The position numbers and the translations under genes are program-made. A model generated the notes under the pieces. The model saw only the letters and a list, made by a program, of their open reading frames with translations. It ran no database searches and was not told the DNA's origin. Positions 49,105 to 57,570 of a stretch of DNA of 64,000 bases are shown here, one piece after another; the stretch's first letter is position 1; each line of letters begins with the position of its first letter. Location of the stretch: sequence record LC680884.1; one strand, 5' to 3'.

Positions 49105-49605
49105 TTAATTCTCCTTAATATTAATTCGAGCTTCATTTAAAACACGAGTAAATTGTTCTCTAACATCTGGATTTTTAAAAAATTTATAAAAGATACTATT
49201 AATCATTGGATCAATTTGCTTTGAACCATTTAATAAATCTCTAAAATTTTTACATCTAAATGCATATAGGAAGGTAGTATTGGAAATCCAGAATTTAAAT
49301 GCATCCCATCCACCAATACCAACTTCTAACATTCTCTGATGATCTCTAGATCCATTAAATACTGTTACACCATTGCTGGATTGCATAGGATTTCCCATTT
49401 TATCAGGTACAATAAGGTGATTAGATGCATGCATTAATAATAAGTCACCTAGATAGATTCTTGTTATTCTATCTTCAACTCCCATTATCTTAGTTTCCAT
49501 AGTATATAAAGTAAAACTATTATTATCAAATTCATCTCTTAATCTTTCAACTGCTTTTATTTTATCATTTGCTGATCCTTCACTTAAATTAAGGATTTGT
49601 ACCAT
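49105..49605 (-). CDS. Hypothetical protein
   Basis: 166-aa ORF. Confidence 0.6.
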   Translation of the reverse strand: MVQILNLSEGSANDKIKAVERLRDEFDNNSFTLYTMETKIMGVEDRITRIYLGDLLLMHASNHLIVPDKMGNPMQSSNGVTVFNGSRDHQRMLEVGIGGWDAFKFWISNTTFLYAFRCKNFRDLLNGSKQIDPMINSIFYKFFKNPDVREQFTRVLNEARINIKEN

Positions 49606-49617
49606 TTATAGTAACTC

Positions 49618-49944
49618 CTATTCTATTCTTATTGATTTAATTTCTGGATCTACAATATTGTTATAATCGATTATATAGATGATATTATGATCTTTATCAT
49701 GGTCTATAACATTTATTGAAACAACATTCCCAATTTGTCTCTCAATATATTCAATTTCCATTGCAACAACATGATCTTCTAGTTTACCCGATTCTCTAAT
49801 AGCATAGATAGTAACTGTTTCATTATTCTTTAGATCTTCTACTCCTAGCGCACTTAAATAATAATTTAATACTTCTTCAGTCGATTTCCTAAGAGACTCA
49901 TCTTTAATCATTGCAGTATCATTTTTTGTTTCTATTTTTATCAT
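49618..49944 (-). CDS. Hypothetical protein
   Basis: 108 aa; RBS GGAGG. Confidence 0.6.
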   Translation of the reverse strand: MIKIETKNDTAMIKDESLRKSTEEVLNYYLSALGVEDLKNNETVTIYAIRESGKLEDHVVAMEIEYIERQIGNVVSINVIDHDKDHNIIYIIDYNNIVDPEIKSIRIE

Positions 49945-49968
49945 TACTATACCTCCAAATAGAATAGG

Positions 49969-50002
49969 ATGGATAAGTAAGGAATATTCCTTACTTATCC
50001 AT
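49969..50002 (-). terminator. Terminator hairpin (16-bp stem)
   Basis: ATGGATAAGTAAGGAA / TTCCTTACTTATCCAT. Confidence 0.7.
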
Positions 50003-50004
50003 TA

Positions 50005-50460
50005 TTATTTCACACTAATTAATTTTGATTCTTCATTTCTTTTTCTTTCAAATAGAATATCAATTGATTCAGGCTCAACATCCAAGGGTTCTTCTTTAAA
50101 ATAACCTTTAGGATCATTTAGTTTATAAATTGATGCTGTATCAACTACACTTCCAATTGAATAATAACTCAATATCACTACATATTCTTTTAATAGAAAT
50201 ACATTAAGTAAATCAAAAGGATCATTTCTATCTTTTAGATGAGCAAACATTGGAACATCTAATTTAATATTGAACTCTTTTAATGCTTCTAAAAATGATT
50301 TTTCAACAGGATTATTTCTATTCTCTTCTCTTATTAGACTTTCAATACTAATTCCTTTATCAAAGAATTCATAATACGGCTCATCAGTATAATCATCAAT
50401 TACATTAGATATCATTTTATCGATTTTCTTTGAATAGAATTCTTTATCTGATCTGTACAT
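50005..50460 (-). CDS. Hypothetical protein
   Basis: 151 aa; RBS GGGGGA. Confidence 0.6.
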   Translation of the reverse strand: MYRSDKEFYSKKIDKMISNVIDDYTDEPYYEFFDKGISIESLIREENRNNPVEKSFLEALKEFNIKLDVPMFAHLKDRNDPFDLLNVFLLKEYVVILSYYSIGSVVDTASIYKLNDPKGYFKEEPLDVEPESIDILFERKRNEESKLISVK

Positions 50461-50486
50461 TATTATATTCCCCCAATATTATCTCT

Positions 50487-50723
50487 TTAGATTACTTCCT
50501 TGTCTTCATTCTTAAATATAGAAATTTCAGCAATAATTATACTTCCATCTTGTGATACACTAAAATTACAATCAAACTTAGTTCCCAAAATAACATCTCT
50601 AAAAATCTCAATAGCATTAACAACATCTGTTATTCTATACTCTCTACCACAAACACTTAATTTAAAATTCTCATTATCTTCTTTATACTTTTTTAATAAA
50701 TCTTTAAATAGTTGTGATCTCAT
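50487..50723 (-). CDS. Hypothetical protein
   Basis: 78 aa; RBS AAGGAG. Confidence 0.55.
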   Translation of the reverse strand: MRSQLFKDLLKKYKEDNENFKLSVCGREYRITDVVNAIEIFRDVILGTKFDCNFSVSQDGSIIIAEISIFKNEDKEVI

Positions 50724-50848
50724 TTTATTCTCTCCTTATGCACTTCTTTTCCATATTTTATGTTTTAATATTATGTAATTTTAAATATAATTTATTCATT
50801 AATACTGTTTCTCCTTTCTCTTATCTAATCCCTATTATTAACATTAAT

Positions 50849-50861
50849 ATAATATATATTT
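50849..50861 (-). promoter_or_regulatory. Early-type promoter AAATATATATTAT
   Basis: Exact 13-mer upstream of the small-gene cluster. Confidence 0.7.
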
Positions 50862-50885
50862 GAAATATTACTATAATACGGTATG

Positions 50886-50922
50886 AAGATAAAATATCTC
50901 CAGATAGGAGATATTTTATCTT
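50886..50922 (-). terminator. Terminator hairpin
   Basis: AAGATAAAATATCTCC / GGAGATATTTTATCTT. Confidence 0.75.
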
Positions 50923-50923
50923 T

Positions 50924-51208
50924 TTAATAATAGAAACATTCTTGTTTCTTTTTGACTAGTTTTTCTCTAATTGAAAAACCAATCTTATTGTTACTTTCAA
51001 ACTTTTGAATAATTTCAAAGTTTGTTCCCTCAATGATATTCTCGGCGGTAATTTTTGCACCTAGAAAGGAAAGCCATCTGTCTTCAGCTTCTTCAGCACT
51101 TTTTACACCTTCAGTACTGTAAATCCAATTAATTTTATTATCTTCAATATAAAATTTACCTGAAAGATACTCATTTTTAAGTGTCTGATAAAGCTCTTCT
51201 AATTTCAT
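50924..51208 (-). CDS. Hypothetical protein
   Basis: 94 aa. Confidence 0.55.
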   Translation of the reverse strand: MKLEELYQTLKNEYLSGKFYIEDNKINWIYSTEGVKSAEEAEDRWLSFLGAKITAENIIEGTNFEIIQKFESNNKIGFSIREKLVKKKQECFYY

Positions 51209-51230
51209 GTGAATCCCATCTTTCTAATTT

Positions 51231-52481
51231 TTATAGTTCTATTTCAGATATCTTCTCCTTTGTGCCCTCCGCAATATACTTACTTATGAGGTTTAAAATT
51301 TTTAAATCACCATAAATCATTAGCGTATAAGTCATGTTATACATAGGTTCTTTCGTTATTAAGTTGAGAGTCTTCCAATCCACATTAAAGAGTTCCTCAT
51401 ATATCTCTTTGTTATCTACTAATACTCTGGCTTTCAAGAGTTTTGACATATCTAATTTTTGCTTTAGTGCTTCCTCTATAACTCCTCTTAACTCGGAGTT
51501 AATGAGTGGACTAAAATCTAGTATGTCAACTTCTGTATTAATATCTGGAAGGAATTGTTTATGCACAATTAGATGCATACTATCATATTGTTCTTTTATA
51601 AAATGGGTAGGAAGAAAAAAGTCATATTTCATAGTTCTTCCTTCAATACTTGGCTCATTACTAATTGTGTCTATTATTGGATCGTCTTTAGTTTCCATTA
51701 TATAATTTGAATGAGACCATAGTTCAAAGGAAAAAGGAAAGTTTACTGTTGTACTATCAGTAATTAAACCATTTTCATTTTTTTCATAAGTAGGTAAATC
51801 AGGAATATTTACAAGAATATTAGTTTTATAAGTATATGCATACTGGCTATTACCTGAAGATTGATTGATTTTTTCTGTGATCGCATTATAGGAATTAGCC
51901 AAGTAGTATTCCTCTAACTTCTCCCTATCATCTGGTTTAGTTGGATCTAGATTTAATTTTTTCTCTATAATTTTAGTATACATCTTTGGTAATTCTGTCT
52001 GTAAACTTACATCATTTAAATAGAAATATCCACCAGTTTCAAATGTTTGTTTTACATAATGTAGTACATCATAAGCATACAATTCAGATGGTAACTTTAT
52101 TTTAATATTGAAGTTTACCTTAATTCTATCAGGTATTGAGTATATATAAATATCATTTTTATTATCGTATAGTACACCATTATATTTCTTCCTTGGATTC
52201 TTAAAGGTAAAATATTGTGTTGTGTGCCAATTTGGTAACAATTCCATAAATCCGGTTTCACCGTTATATTCAGGTGTCATAATTAGAGTAGGTTTTCTTA
52301 ATTTTGTAATATCTACATTTTCCATTCTTATTTCATTTAAAGCACCACTAATATGAGTATCTTTAAAAAAATCAGGAGGAAACTTTGTAGATAAAAAATA
52401 TCTAGCATAACCAGTAATATTTCCAATTAAAGAAGAAATAGATGTTGATATTTTACACGCCACTATTCTAGATTCTCTCAT
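51231..52481 (-). CDS. Hypothetical protein, possibly a virion structural protein
   Basis: 416 aa; late-type promoter; recalled resemblance to jumbo-phage virion proteins (not verified). Confidence 0.45.
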   Translation of the reverse strand: MRESRIVACKISTSISSLIGNITGYARYFLSTKFPPDFFKDTHISGALNEIRMENVDITKLRKPTLIMTPEYNGETGFMELLPNWHTTQYFTFKNPRKKYNGVLYDNKNDIYIYSIPDRIKVNFNIKIKLPSELYAYDVLHYVKQTFETGGYFYLNDVSLQTELPKMYTKIIEKKLNLDPTKPDDREKLEEYYLANSYNAITEKINQSSGNSQYAYTYKTNILVNIPDLPTYEKNENGLITDSTTVNFPFSFELWSHSNYIMETKDDPIIDTISNEPSIEGRTMKYDFFLPTHFIKEQYDSMHLIVHKQFLPDINTEVDILDFSPLINSELRGVIEEALKQKLDMSKLLKARVLVDNKEIYEELFNVDWKTLNLITKEPMYNMTYTLMIYGDLKILNLISKYIAEGTKEKISEIEL

Positions 52482-52526
52482 TTATAATTCTCCCCATTTA
52501 AATAATTTTTAAACATATAATAAAAA

Positions 52527-52565
52527 AAAATAAGAACAACCTCTATATAAGATTGTTCTTATTTT
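52527..52565 (-). terminator. Terminator hairpin containing a late-type promoter (52546-52557, AACAATCTTATA on minus)
   Basis: AAAATAAGAACAA / TTGTTCTTATTTT. Confidence 0.7.
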
Positions 52566-52587
52566 AAATTCCCCATGAATTATCTAC

Positions 52588-53076
52588 TTAGTCATTATCA
52601 GTTGAATATCCTACTGGTTCATAATTGGTAATTTCGTGAAATTCATCATTATCATTACTAAATTTCATTGGTTTTCTAAAATTATATGTTTTTTCTGTAC
52701 CACATTCATTACACATATCTGGGTATAAGTCATCTTCGCTATTAAGAACTTCATTACATTCAGTACAGTAGGTAAAGTCTTTTCCCCCATTATATAAATT
52801 ATCATCTTCTCTTTCGTCTTTCCATTCAAATTTATATGATCTAATAGGAAAATTATATAAACCATTGAATCTAAAGATATATAAATCAGTATTGGTCATT
52901 CTATAAACACCAGTAACCTCTGTTCCTTTTTCAAATACAACAAGACTATTATCATTTCTAGAAACAGAAGTAAAGAATGCAACATCTTCAGTTAGGATTG
53001 CCTTTCTACCTTGAATGTCTCTAGAACGTAAATTTCTCATTTTCATTAATTCCTCTGTTTGCGCTGTCATTGCCAT
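52588..53076 (-). CDS. Hypothetical protein with C-terminal Zn ribbon
   Basis: CTEC...CNECG. Confidence 0.6.
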   Translation of the reverse strand: MAMTAQTEELMKMRNLRSRDIQGRKAILTEDVAFFTSVSRNDNSLVVFEKGTEVTGVYRMTNTDLYIFRFNGLYNFPIRSYKFEWKDEREDDNLYNGGKDFTYCTECNEVLNSEDDLYPDMCNECGTEKTYNFRKPMKFSNDNDEFHEITNYEPVGYSTDND

Positions 53077-53104
53077 TTGTTTTCTCTCCCAATTAATTAG
53101 TTAT

Positions 53105-53473
53105 TTAAACTAATTCTCTTATTTTTTTATCTTGTTCTTTAGTTTGTAAAGCTCCTGTTTCAATTCTTTGAATAGTTCTTTTAGAGCAACCAAGTATTTC
53201 TGCAAATTCTTCTTGAGATAAGTTTTTCTTTTCTCTAATATTTTTTATCTCTTCTGAATGAAGAAGGTTATTTTCATTCCTATACTTAGTATAAGCTTTA
53301 ATAAAATTTTCATCAATTCTCTTTGGATCAGTAATCTCTTCCCCACATATTGTACATTCTAGAAAACGACTAGTAATTTCAATTTCTTGTCCATAGAAAT
53401 TAAATGTATCACTTTTAAAAACTTCATTAAAATCTCTCATCTCATAACACTCTGGACAAAATGAATGTTCCAT
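53105..53473 (-). CDS. MqsA-like antitoxin/regulator (Zn finger plus XRE HTH), no adjacent toxin
   Basis: FCPEC...CTICGEE...LLHSEEIKNIREKKNLSQEEFAEILGCSKRTIQRIETG. Confidence 0.8.
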   Translation of the reverse strand: MEHSFCPECYEMRDFNEVFKSDTFNFYGQEIEITSRFLECTICGEEITDPKRIDENFIKAYTKYRNENNLLHSEEIKNIREKKNLSQEEFAEILGCSKRTIQRIETGALQTKEQDKKIRELV

Positions 53474-53492
53474 TATTAATCACTCCTTTATT

Positions 53493-53672
53493 TTATCTTG
53501 TTGTTTCCAATACTAACATAGTAATATTAAAAATAAAGAATCCAATAAATAACAATGCAAATATTGAGAATATAGCTTTCTCTAATTTAGTTTTAACAGT
53601 AACTAGTCCATAAGTAAATATGAATATGAATAATACACCCATAATCATTCCTAAAGTATCATTAACAGCCAT
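53493..53672 (-). CDS. Small two-TM membrane protein, 59 aa (not in the ORF track)
   Basis: MAVNDTLGMIMGVLFIFIFTYGLV...IFSIFALLFIGFFIFNITML; RBS AAGGAG. Confidence 0.6.
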   Translation of the reverse strand: MAVNDTLGMIMGVLFIFIFTYGLVTVKTKLEKAIFSIFALLFIGFFIFNITMLVLETTR

Positions 53673-53684
53673 TAACTTTACTCC

Positions 53685-53831
53685 TTAATAAACTTTGATA
53701 GATAGTATTTGCTTTCCTTCCATAACTGCATTATTGATCATTTTTGAAATAGCATCATTATAATCTTTTGCAGGTATTTGAGTGTAGAATGTTCCATAAT
53801 CTTTATACGCAATATGTACTGAATAATTCAT
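53685..53831 (-). CDS. Small hypothetical protein, 48 aa (not in the ORF track)
   Basis: MNYSVHIAYKDYGTFYTQIPAKDYNDAISKMINNAVMEGKQILSIKVY; RBS GGGGGA. Confidence 0.6.
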   Translation of the reverse strand: MNYSVHIAYKDYGTFYTQIPAKDYNDAISKMINNAVMEGKQILSIKVY

Positions 53832-53870
53832 ATTATTCCCCCTTAATTTTTATTATCTAATTACAAAGAA

Positions 53871-53883
53871 ATAATATATATTT
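53871..53883 (-). promoter_or_regulatory. Early-type promoter AAATATATATTAT
   Basis: Exact 13-mer upstream of 53831. Confidence 0.7.
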
Positions 53884-53888
53884 AAAAA

Positions 53889-53916
53889 CTCCTATAATCT
53901 TTTAGGATTATAGGAG
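53889..53916 (-). terminator. Terminator after the holin
   Basis: CTCCTATAATC / GATTATAGGAG then TTTTT on minus. Confidence 0.8.
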
Positions 53917-53923
53917 CAATTTA

Positions 53924-54343
53924 TTATTTTTTGTTGAAATGAAATACTACATTCTCAATGAGAGTTTCAACAGCCTTCTCATCAAGTTCAGATGGCTTAA
54001 GACCAACACCTTCAGCAATAGCATGGAAGTTTTCTTTAGCCAACTTTAATTTTTCTTCAGATTGCAACTCTGTACCTTGACTCACTTGCTCTACACCTTT
54101 AGCGGCAACTTCAGCCACTTTTTGTAAAACATCAAAAGCATGAGCCGCAGGATGTTGTGAAACACCCTTAGTCACAATAGCCTTTAGTACTCCTAATACA
54201 GTTGGGAGAGCATTAGTTACTTCTTGAAGGACTGGAGCTAGTTCTTTATGTCTTTTTAGGAAGACACTAACTCCAAAACCTCCAGCTAATACAACTACTG
54301 CTAGAATAACACAATAAATTAAATTCATAAGTTCAGGTGTCAT
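53924..54343 (-). CDS. Putative holin (LL-H-like)
   Basis: N-terminal TM segment, then VAEVAAKGVEQ...EEKLKLA...LIENVV pattern; own late promoter. Confidence 0.55.
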   Translation of the reverse strand: MTPELMNLIYCVILAVVVLAGGFGVSVFLKRHKELAPVLQEVTNALPTVLGVLKAIVTKGVSQHPAAHAFDVLQKVAEVAAKGVEQVSQGTELQSEEKLKLAKENFHAIAEGVGLKPSELDEKAVETLIENVVFHFNKK

Positions 54344-54365
54344 TAATAACCCTCCTTTATTTATT

Positions 54366-54377
54366 TAATTTATTGTT
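54366..54377 (-). promoter_or_regulatory. Late-type promoter AACA-N6-TA
   Basis: AACAATAAATTA, 23 nt upstream of the holin start. Confidence 0.6.
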
Positions 54378-54382
54378 ATAAA

Positions 54383-55153
54383 CTAATTAGAGGATAATGA
54401 CTCACTTAATCTATTATTTTTACTTTGAATAAAAAATTCAATTCCAAAATAACTATCTAAGTAGTTCTTCATTTTTTCCATACTAGATTCTATCTCTTTC
54501 TCTAGTTTTTGGATATAAATATTTAACTGTGGCTCTTTAATAAAGTTATTCGCCTTTGTGATATAAATTTCATTGGCAATAATTTGCTCATTTATCTTAT
54601 TCTTAGATTCTTGATTGATTTCTCTTGATTTTTTTGTGATCTTAATACTCTTATCCAGACGTTTTAAATTATGATTTAGTCTAATATTTAATACTTCTTT
54701 TGATTCTATCTTCTGTCTAATAATACTAGATATGAATTCCAAAGTTGATTTCATTGAAACATTCTCAATAATTCTAGAATCAAAATCAATCTCAATTCTC
54801 TGTGAAGATAAAATTTCCAATATATTAATATCAAAAAATTCTTCATCAACATCTTTTGTTATTTTATCAAATAAATTCAGACTTGCATTAACTACATTAG
54901 TTTCAGTATTTTCATGGAAACCTGTTAAAGTTTTATTATCAAAAATACTTTCTAAAATCTTCTTAATCTCATTATTATACTTTGTAGCCAATAATTGTTC
55001 AACATCTTGTAAAAATGATTTAGAAGAATTTATTTCCTTGTAGATTTCTTTAATTTCATTAATATTGTCTGAGAGACTTACTATATTACTTCTTGCATTA
55101 TTGATATTATCATGTAGATTTCCGATTCTCTGTTTAACCGTTAACATTGTCAT
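54383..55153 (-). CDS. Hypothetical coiled-coil protein
   Basis: 256 aa, heptad-rich. Confidence 0.6.
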   Translation of the reverse strand: MTMLTVKQRIGNLHDNINNARSNIVSLSDNINEIKEIYKEINSSKSFLQDVEQLLATKYNNEIKKILESIFDNKTLTGFHENTETNVVNASLNLFDKITKDVDEEFFDINILEILSSQRIEIDFDSRIIENVSMKSTLEFISSIIRQKIESKEVLNIRLNHNLKRLDKSIKITKKSREINQESKNKINEQIIANEIYITKANNFIKEPQLNIYIQKLEKEIESSMEKMKNYLDSYFGIEFFIQSKNNRLSESLSSN

Positions 55154-55176
55154 TTATACTCCTCACTCCATAATTT

Positions 55177-55216
55177 AATAAGTAAACTAGATTATCTAAT
55201 ATCTAGTTTACTTATT
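55177..55216 (-). terminator. Terminator hairpin (16-bp stem)
   Basis: AATAAGTAAACTAGAT / ATCTAGTTTACTTATT. Confidence 0.7.
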
Positions 55217-55235
55217 TTAGTTTTTAATTTGAAAA

Positions 55236-55571
55236 TTAATATTGTTTTTGAATATTTTCTATTAAATCAAACATTAATTTTTCAGCTTTTTTAAAACTAC
55301 CTTTCCATATAGTAATAGATTCACTACATGACATACCATGATTAATTTTAAAAGTTAATGATCTCTTATTTTCTTTTATAGATCTTTGAATCAGTTTTAA
55401 CATTCTATAAGTACATTCAAGAGTTAGAGGTGCATGATACTGATAACTATTAGAAAATGGTTTCTTACTTATAAAATTAAAACCATCAATCCTTTTAACT
55501 CCATCTTCCCAAATATTACGACAATGTAACTCTACATCTGATTTAATAAAATATCTAATCTTTTTTAACAT
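55236..55571 (-). CDS. Hypothetical protein
   Basis: 111 aa. Confidence 0.55.
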   Translation of the reverse strand: MLKKIRYFIKSDVELHCRNIWEDGVKRIDGFNFISKKPFSNSYQYHAPLTLECTYRMLKLIQRSIKENKRSLTFKINHGMSCSESITIWKGSFKKAEKLMFDLIENIQKQY

Positions 55572-55735
55572 CTATATTTTTCTCCCTATTTTTTAGCAGG
55601 ATCATTTTTCCCATTGAATTAAATATAAATAGAAACGGTAACATACATAATATTATAAATATATCAAATAAGATTATTAAGAAGTTAAACATTATAGACC
55701 TCCTAAATAGGCAGTAAAAACCCTTCTAGACTTTA

Positions 55736-55809
55736 CTGGGATAGTAGGATTCGAACCTACGAAATAGACATGTTAACAGCATGTTGCCTTACCACTTGGC
55801 TATATCCCA
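55736..55809 (-). tRNA. tRNA-Asn(GUU); CCA not encoded
   Basis: TGGGATA/TATCCCA acceptor, G73; D arm GCC-AAGTGGTAA-GGC; ACATG-CTGTTAA-CATGT; GTAGG-TTCGAAT-CCTAC. Confidence 0.92.
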
Positions 55810-55899
55810 ATAAAATCTAGAAGAGTAAAATTTTTAAACTTATTAAATACTGCCATACTTAACAAGTTCATAGACAAATTTTAAAATATGTCGTCCTTA

Positions 55900-55911
55900 T
55901 ATTTATATGTT
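55900..55911 (-). promoter_or_regulatory. Late-type promoter for the tRNA
   Basis: AACATATAAATA, about 90 nt upstream of the tRNA. Confidence 0.55.
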
Positions 55912-55945
55912 AAGTGTAGGATTATTTTTATAAAAATTAATGAAA

Positions 55946-56305
55946 TTAAAATTTTAATATTTCATCAATTAAAGAACGAATAATAGTCTTGTCTCTATTT
56001 AATTTTGGATGAGAAAGATGTTTATCTAACTCTTCTATATCTGCTTTAAGAATATTAAATTGACCAAGATTCATAGATCTTTTTAAATGTGTAAGATATT
56101 CAATATTCTTAATCCACTTGCTTTTAAACGGAGAAGAGAATTCTTCTTGTAGTTCATAATTTTTATTATAATCTAAGAGTTCTTCAATAGCTAAATTTTT
56201 ATAAATATTAATAGCTCTTTCTATTTCAGCTTTTAAATGTGTATGTAATGCATCAATTTCTTTTTCAAACTTTTTTAGAAGCAAAGCTTCAAGTACTATA
56301 TTCAC
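55946..56305 (-). CDS. Hypothetical protein
   Basis: 119 aa; GTG start with RBS AAGGA. Confidence 0.55.
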   Translation of the reverse strand: MNIVLEALLLKKFEKEIDALHTHLKAEIERAINIYKNLAIEELLDYNKNYELQEEFSSPFKSKWIKNIEYLTHLKRSMNLGQFNILKADIEELDKHLSHPKLNRDKTIIRSLIDEILKF

Positions 56306-56534
56306 TTAAATCATTCCTTTCAATAATTTACCCCTTCTAAATCTTATTAGTTAAATCAATGGCGAACAGAATTGATTAGACCAATAAAAATTAGAAGGAG
56401 TATCGGATTGGATGTAATAGAAAGATCGTTATCATCTAACTATTAATAGGGAATAGAAACGTTTGATGGTTATATTTTCTTAAATATAAAAAAGTGTTTT
56501 CCGCCAATGAAAAGCTAATTTTATATTTTAGATT

Positions 56535-56795
56535 TGGTGACTGCTGTTGGAATTGCACCAACATTAACAACTAGAACAGTCACATTGTCACCAAGAGGAT
56601 CGGTAAACCTCTCAGTGACTAATGCGGAGGTGAAACAAAAACCAATGACAAAGATCATCCCATAAAGAGTTTACCTATAGAGGTATGCACAGAGTACTAA
56701 ATGGAGAAATCACATTGCGAACAGTTGAGTAAGAAGGAGACCTCTCACTATCTCCTTCCGTGTGAACATCGTGAAAGGATGCTACTCTCACACGT
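56535..56795 (-). ncRNA. Unclassified 261-nt structured RNA ending in an armless tRNA-like domain plus CCA
   Basis: Late-promoter +1 lies next to the first hairpin; several helices whose G.U pairs all indicate the minus strand; 3' end GACTGTT-12 nt-GTTGG TGCAATT CCAAC-AGCAGTC-A-CCA. Confidence 0.7.
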
Positions 56796-56806
56796 ATTAA
56801 ATTGTT
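56795..56806 (-). promoter_or_regulatory. Late-type promoter for the ncRNA
   Basis: AACAATTTAATA; predicted +1 at 56795. Confidence 0.6.
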
Positions 56807-56865
56807 TGAAATGCAGGGTAATTTTTAAAATAAAAAAGAGAAATAAATTTTTTAAAACTTAATAT

Positions 56866-57570
56866 TTATGCAAGAAGTTCATCTTCTACTTCAATCTTAT
56901 TAGGATTTTCAATATCTTTAATATTAAGTTTTAATAGACTCTTGTCTAGGATATCACCATTAATACTTCCTTCTCTATCTTCTTTCTGACTAAGTTGTTC
57001 TAAATTACCTAATAATACTTGGAAATTTTCAGTATTGGCTGACTCATACTTATTAATAAACTTAGTATAGTTACCAAATACATAGTTAAGGTTTACAAAA
57101 ATCTTTCCAGAGTGTACTAGCTCATGGACAGTTTTTGTAAGTGGAACTAACCCTATATAATTCTGATAATGTAATTCCATGACTTCTTCAGCAATATCAA
57201 ATGGATTAATTCTTTTTTCTCCATTAACAAGAATATGTTCATCTAGTACTATGCTTACAATATCAAAAAGAGTAAAAGGGTAGTGATGGAATTCTAAACC
57301 AACTTTTTTAATTTCCTTTGTATCTACCATTGGAAGGAAAGTACATTTTGTCAAATCTAGTTCATTTTTTAAAAAGCCAATATAAGTTTTATATTCAAAT
57401 GAACGTCTAATTATCTTTTCAATTCGTTTGATAAATTTTAGTCTTTCCTTCTCATTAGAAGTAATTTCAAAATTAAAAAAGTCTGCACGATCATCAATAG
57501 AATCAATTACAACTTCATAAGACTCATCTTCATTTATAAGACTTGGATTATTCATCTTTGGTACTAACAT
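56866..57570 (-). CDS. HNH-like fold protein (paralog of 44916-45608)
   Basis: EYKTYIGFLKNELDLTKC...LEFHHYPFT...GLVPLTKTVHELVHSGKIFVNL. Confidence 0.55.
   Translation of the reverse strand: MLVPKMNNPSLINEDESYEVVIDSIDDRADFFNFEITSNEKERLKFIKRIEKIIRRSFEYKTYIGFLKNELDLTKCTFLPMVDTKEIKKVGLEFHHYPFTLFDIVSIVLDEHILVNGEKRINPFDIAEEVMELHYQNYIGLVPLTKTVHELVHSGKIFVNLNYVFGNYTKFINKYESANTENFQVLLGNLEQLSQKEDREGSINGDILDKSLLKLNIKDIENPNKIEVEDELLA

Noticed and set aside
56727-56759. Small ORF GTG AGA GGT... (MRGLLLTQLFAM) behind AAGGAG within the ncRNA, suggesting a type I toxin
   Set aside because: SD-to-start spacing is only about 3 nt, the peptide is 12 aa, and no antisense partner promoter was found; better explained as hairpin 2 of the RNA.
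56779-56792. TGTGAGAGTAG match to 5S rRNA
   Set aside because: Only about 11 nt match; the rest of 5S structure and sequence is absent.
56535-56795. tmRNA (standard or two-piece) interpretation of the ncRNA
   Set aside because: Acceptor pair 3-70 is C-G, not G.U; only 12 nt lie between the acceptor 5' strand and the T arm; no plausible tag frame; no permuted acceptor strand after the CCA.
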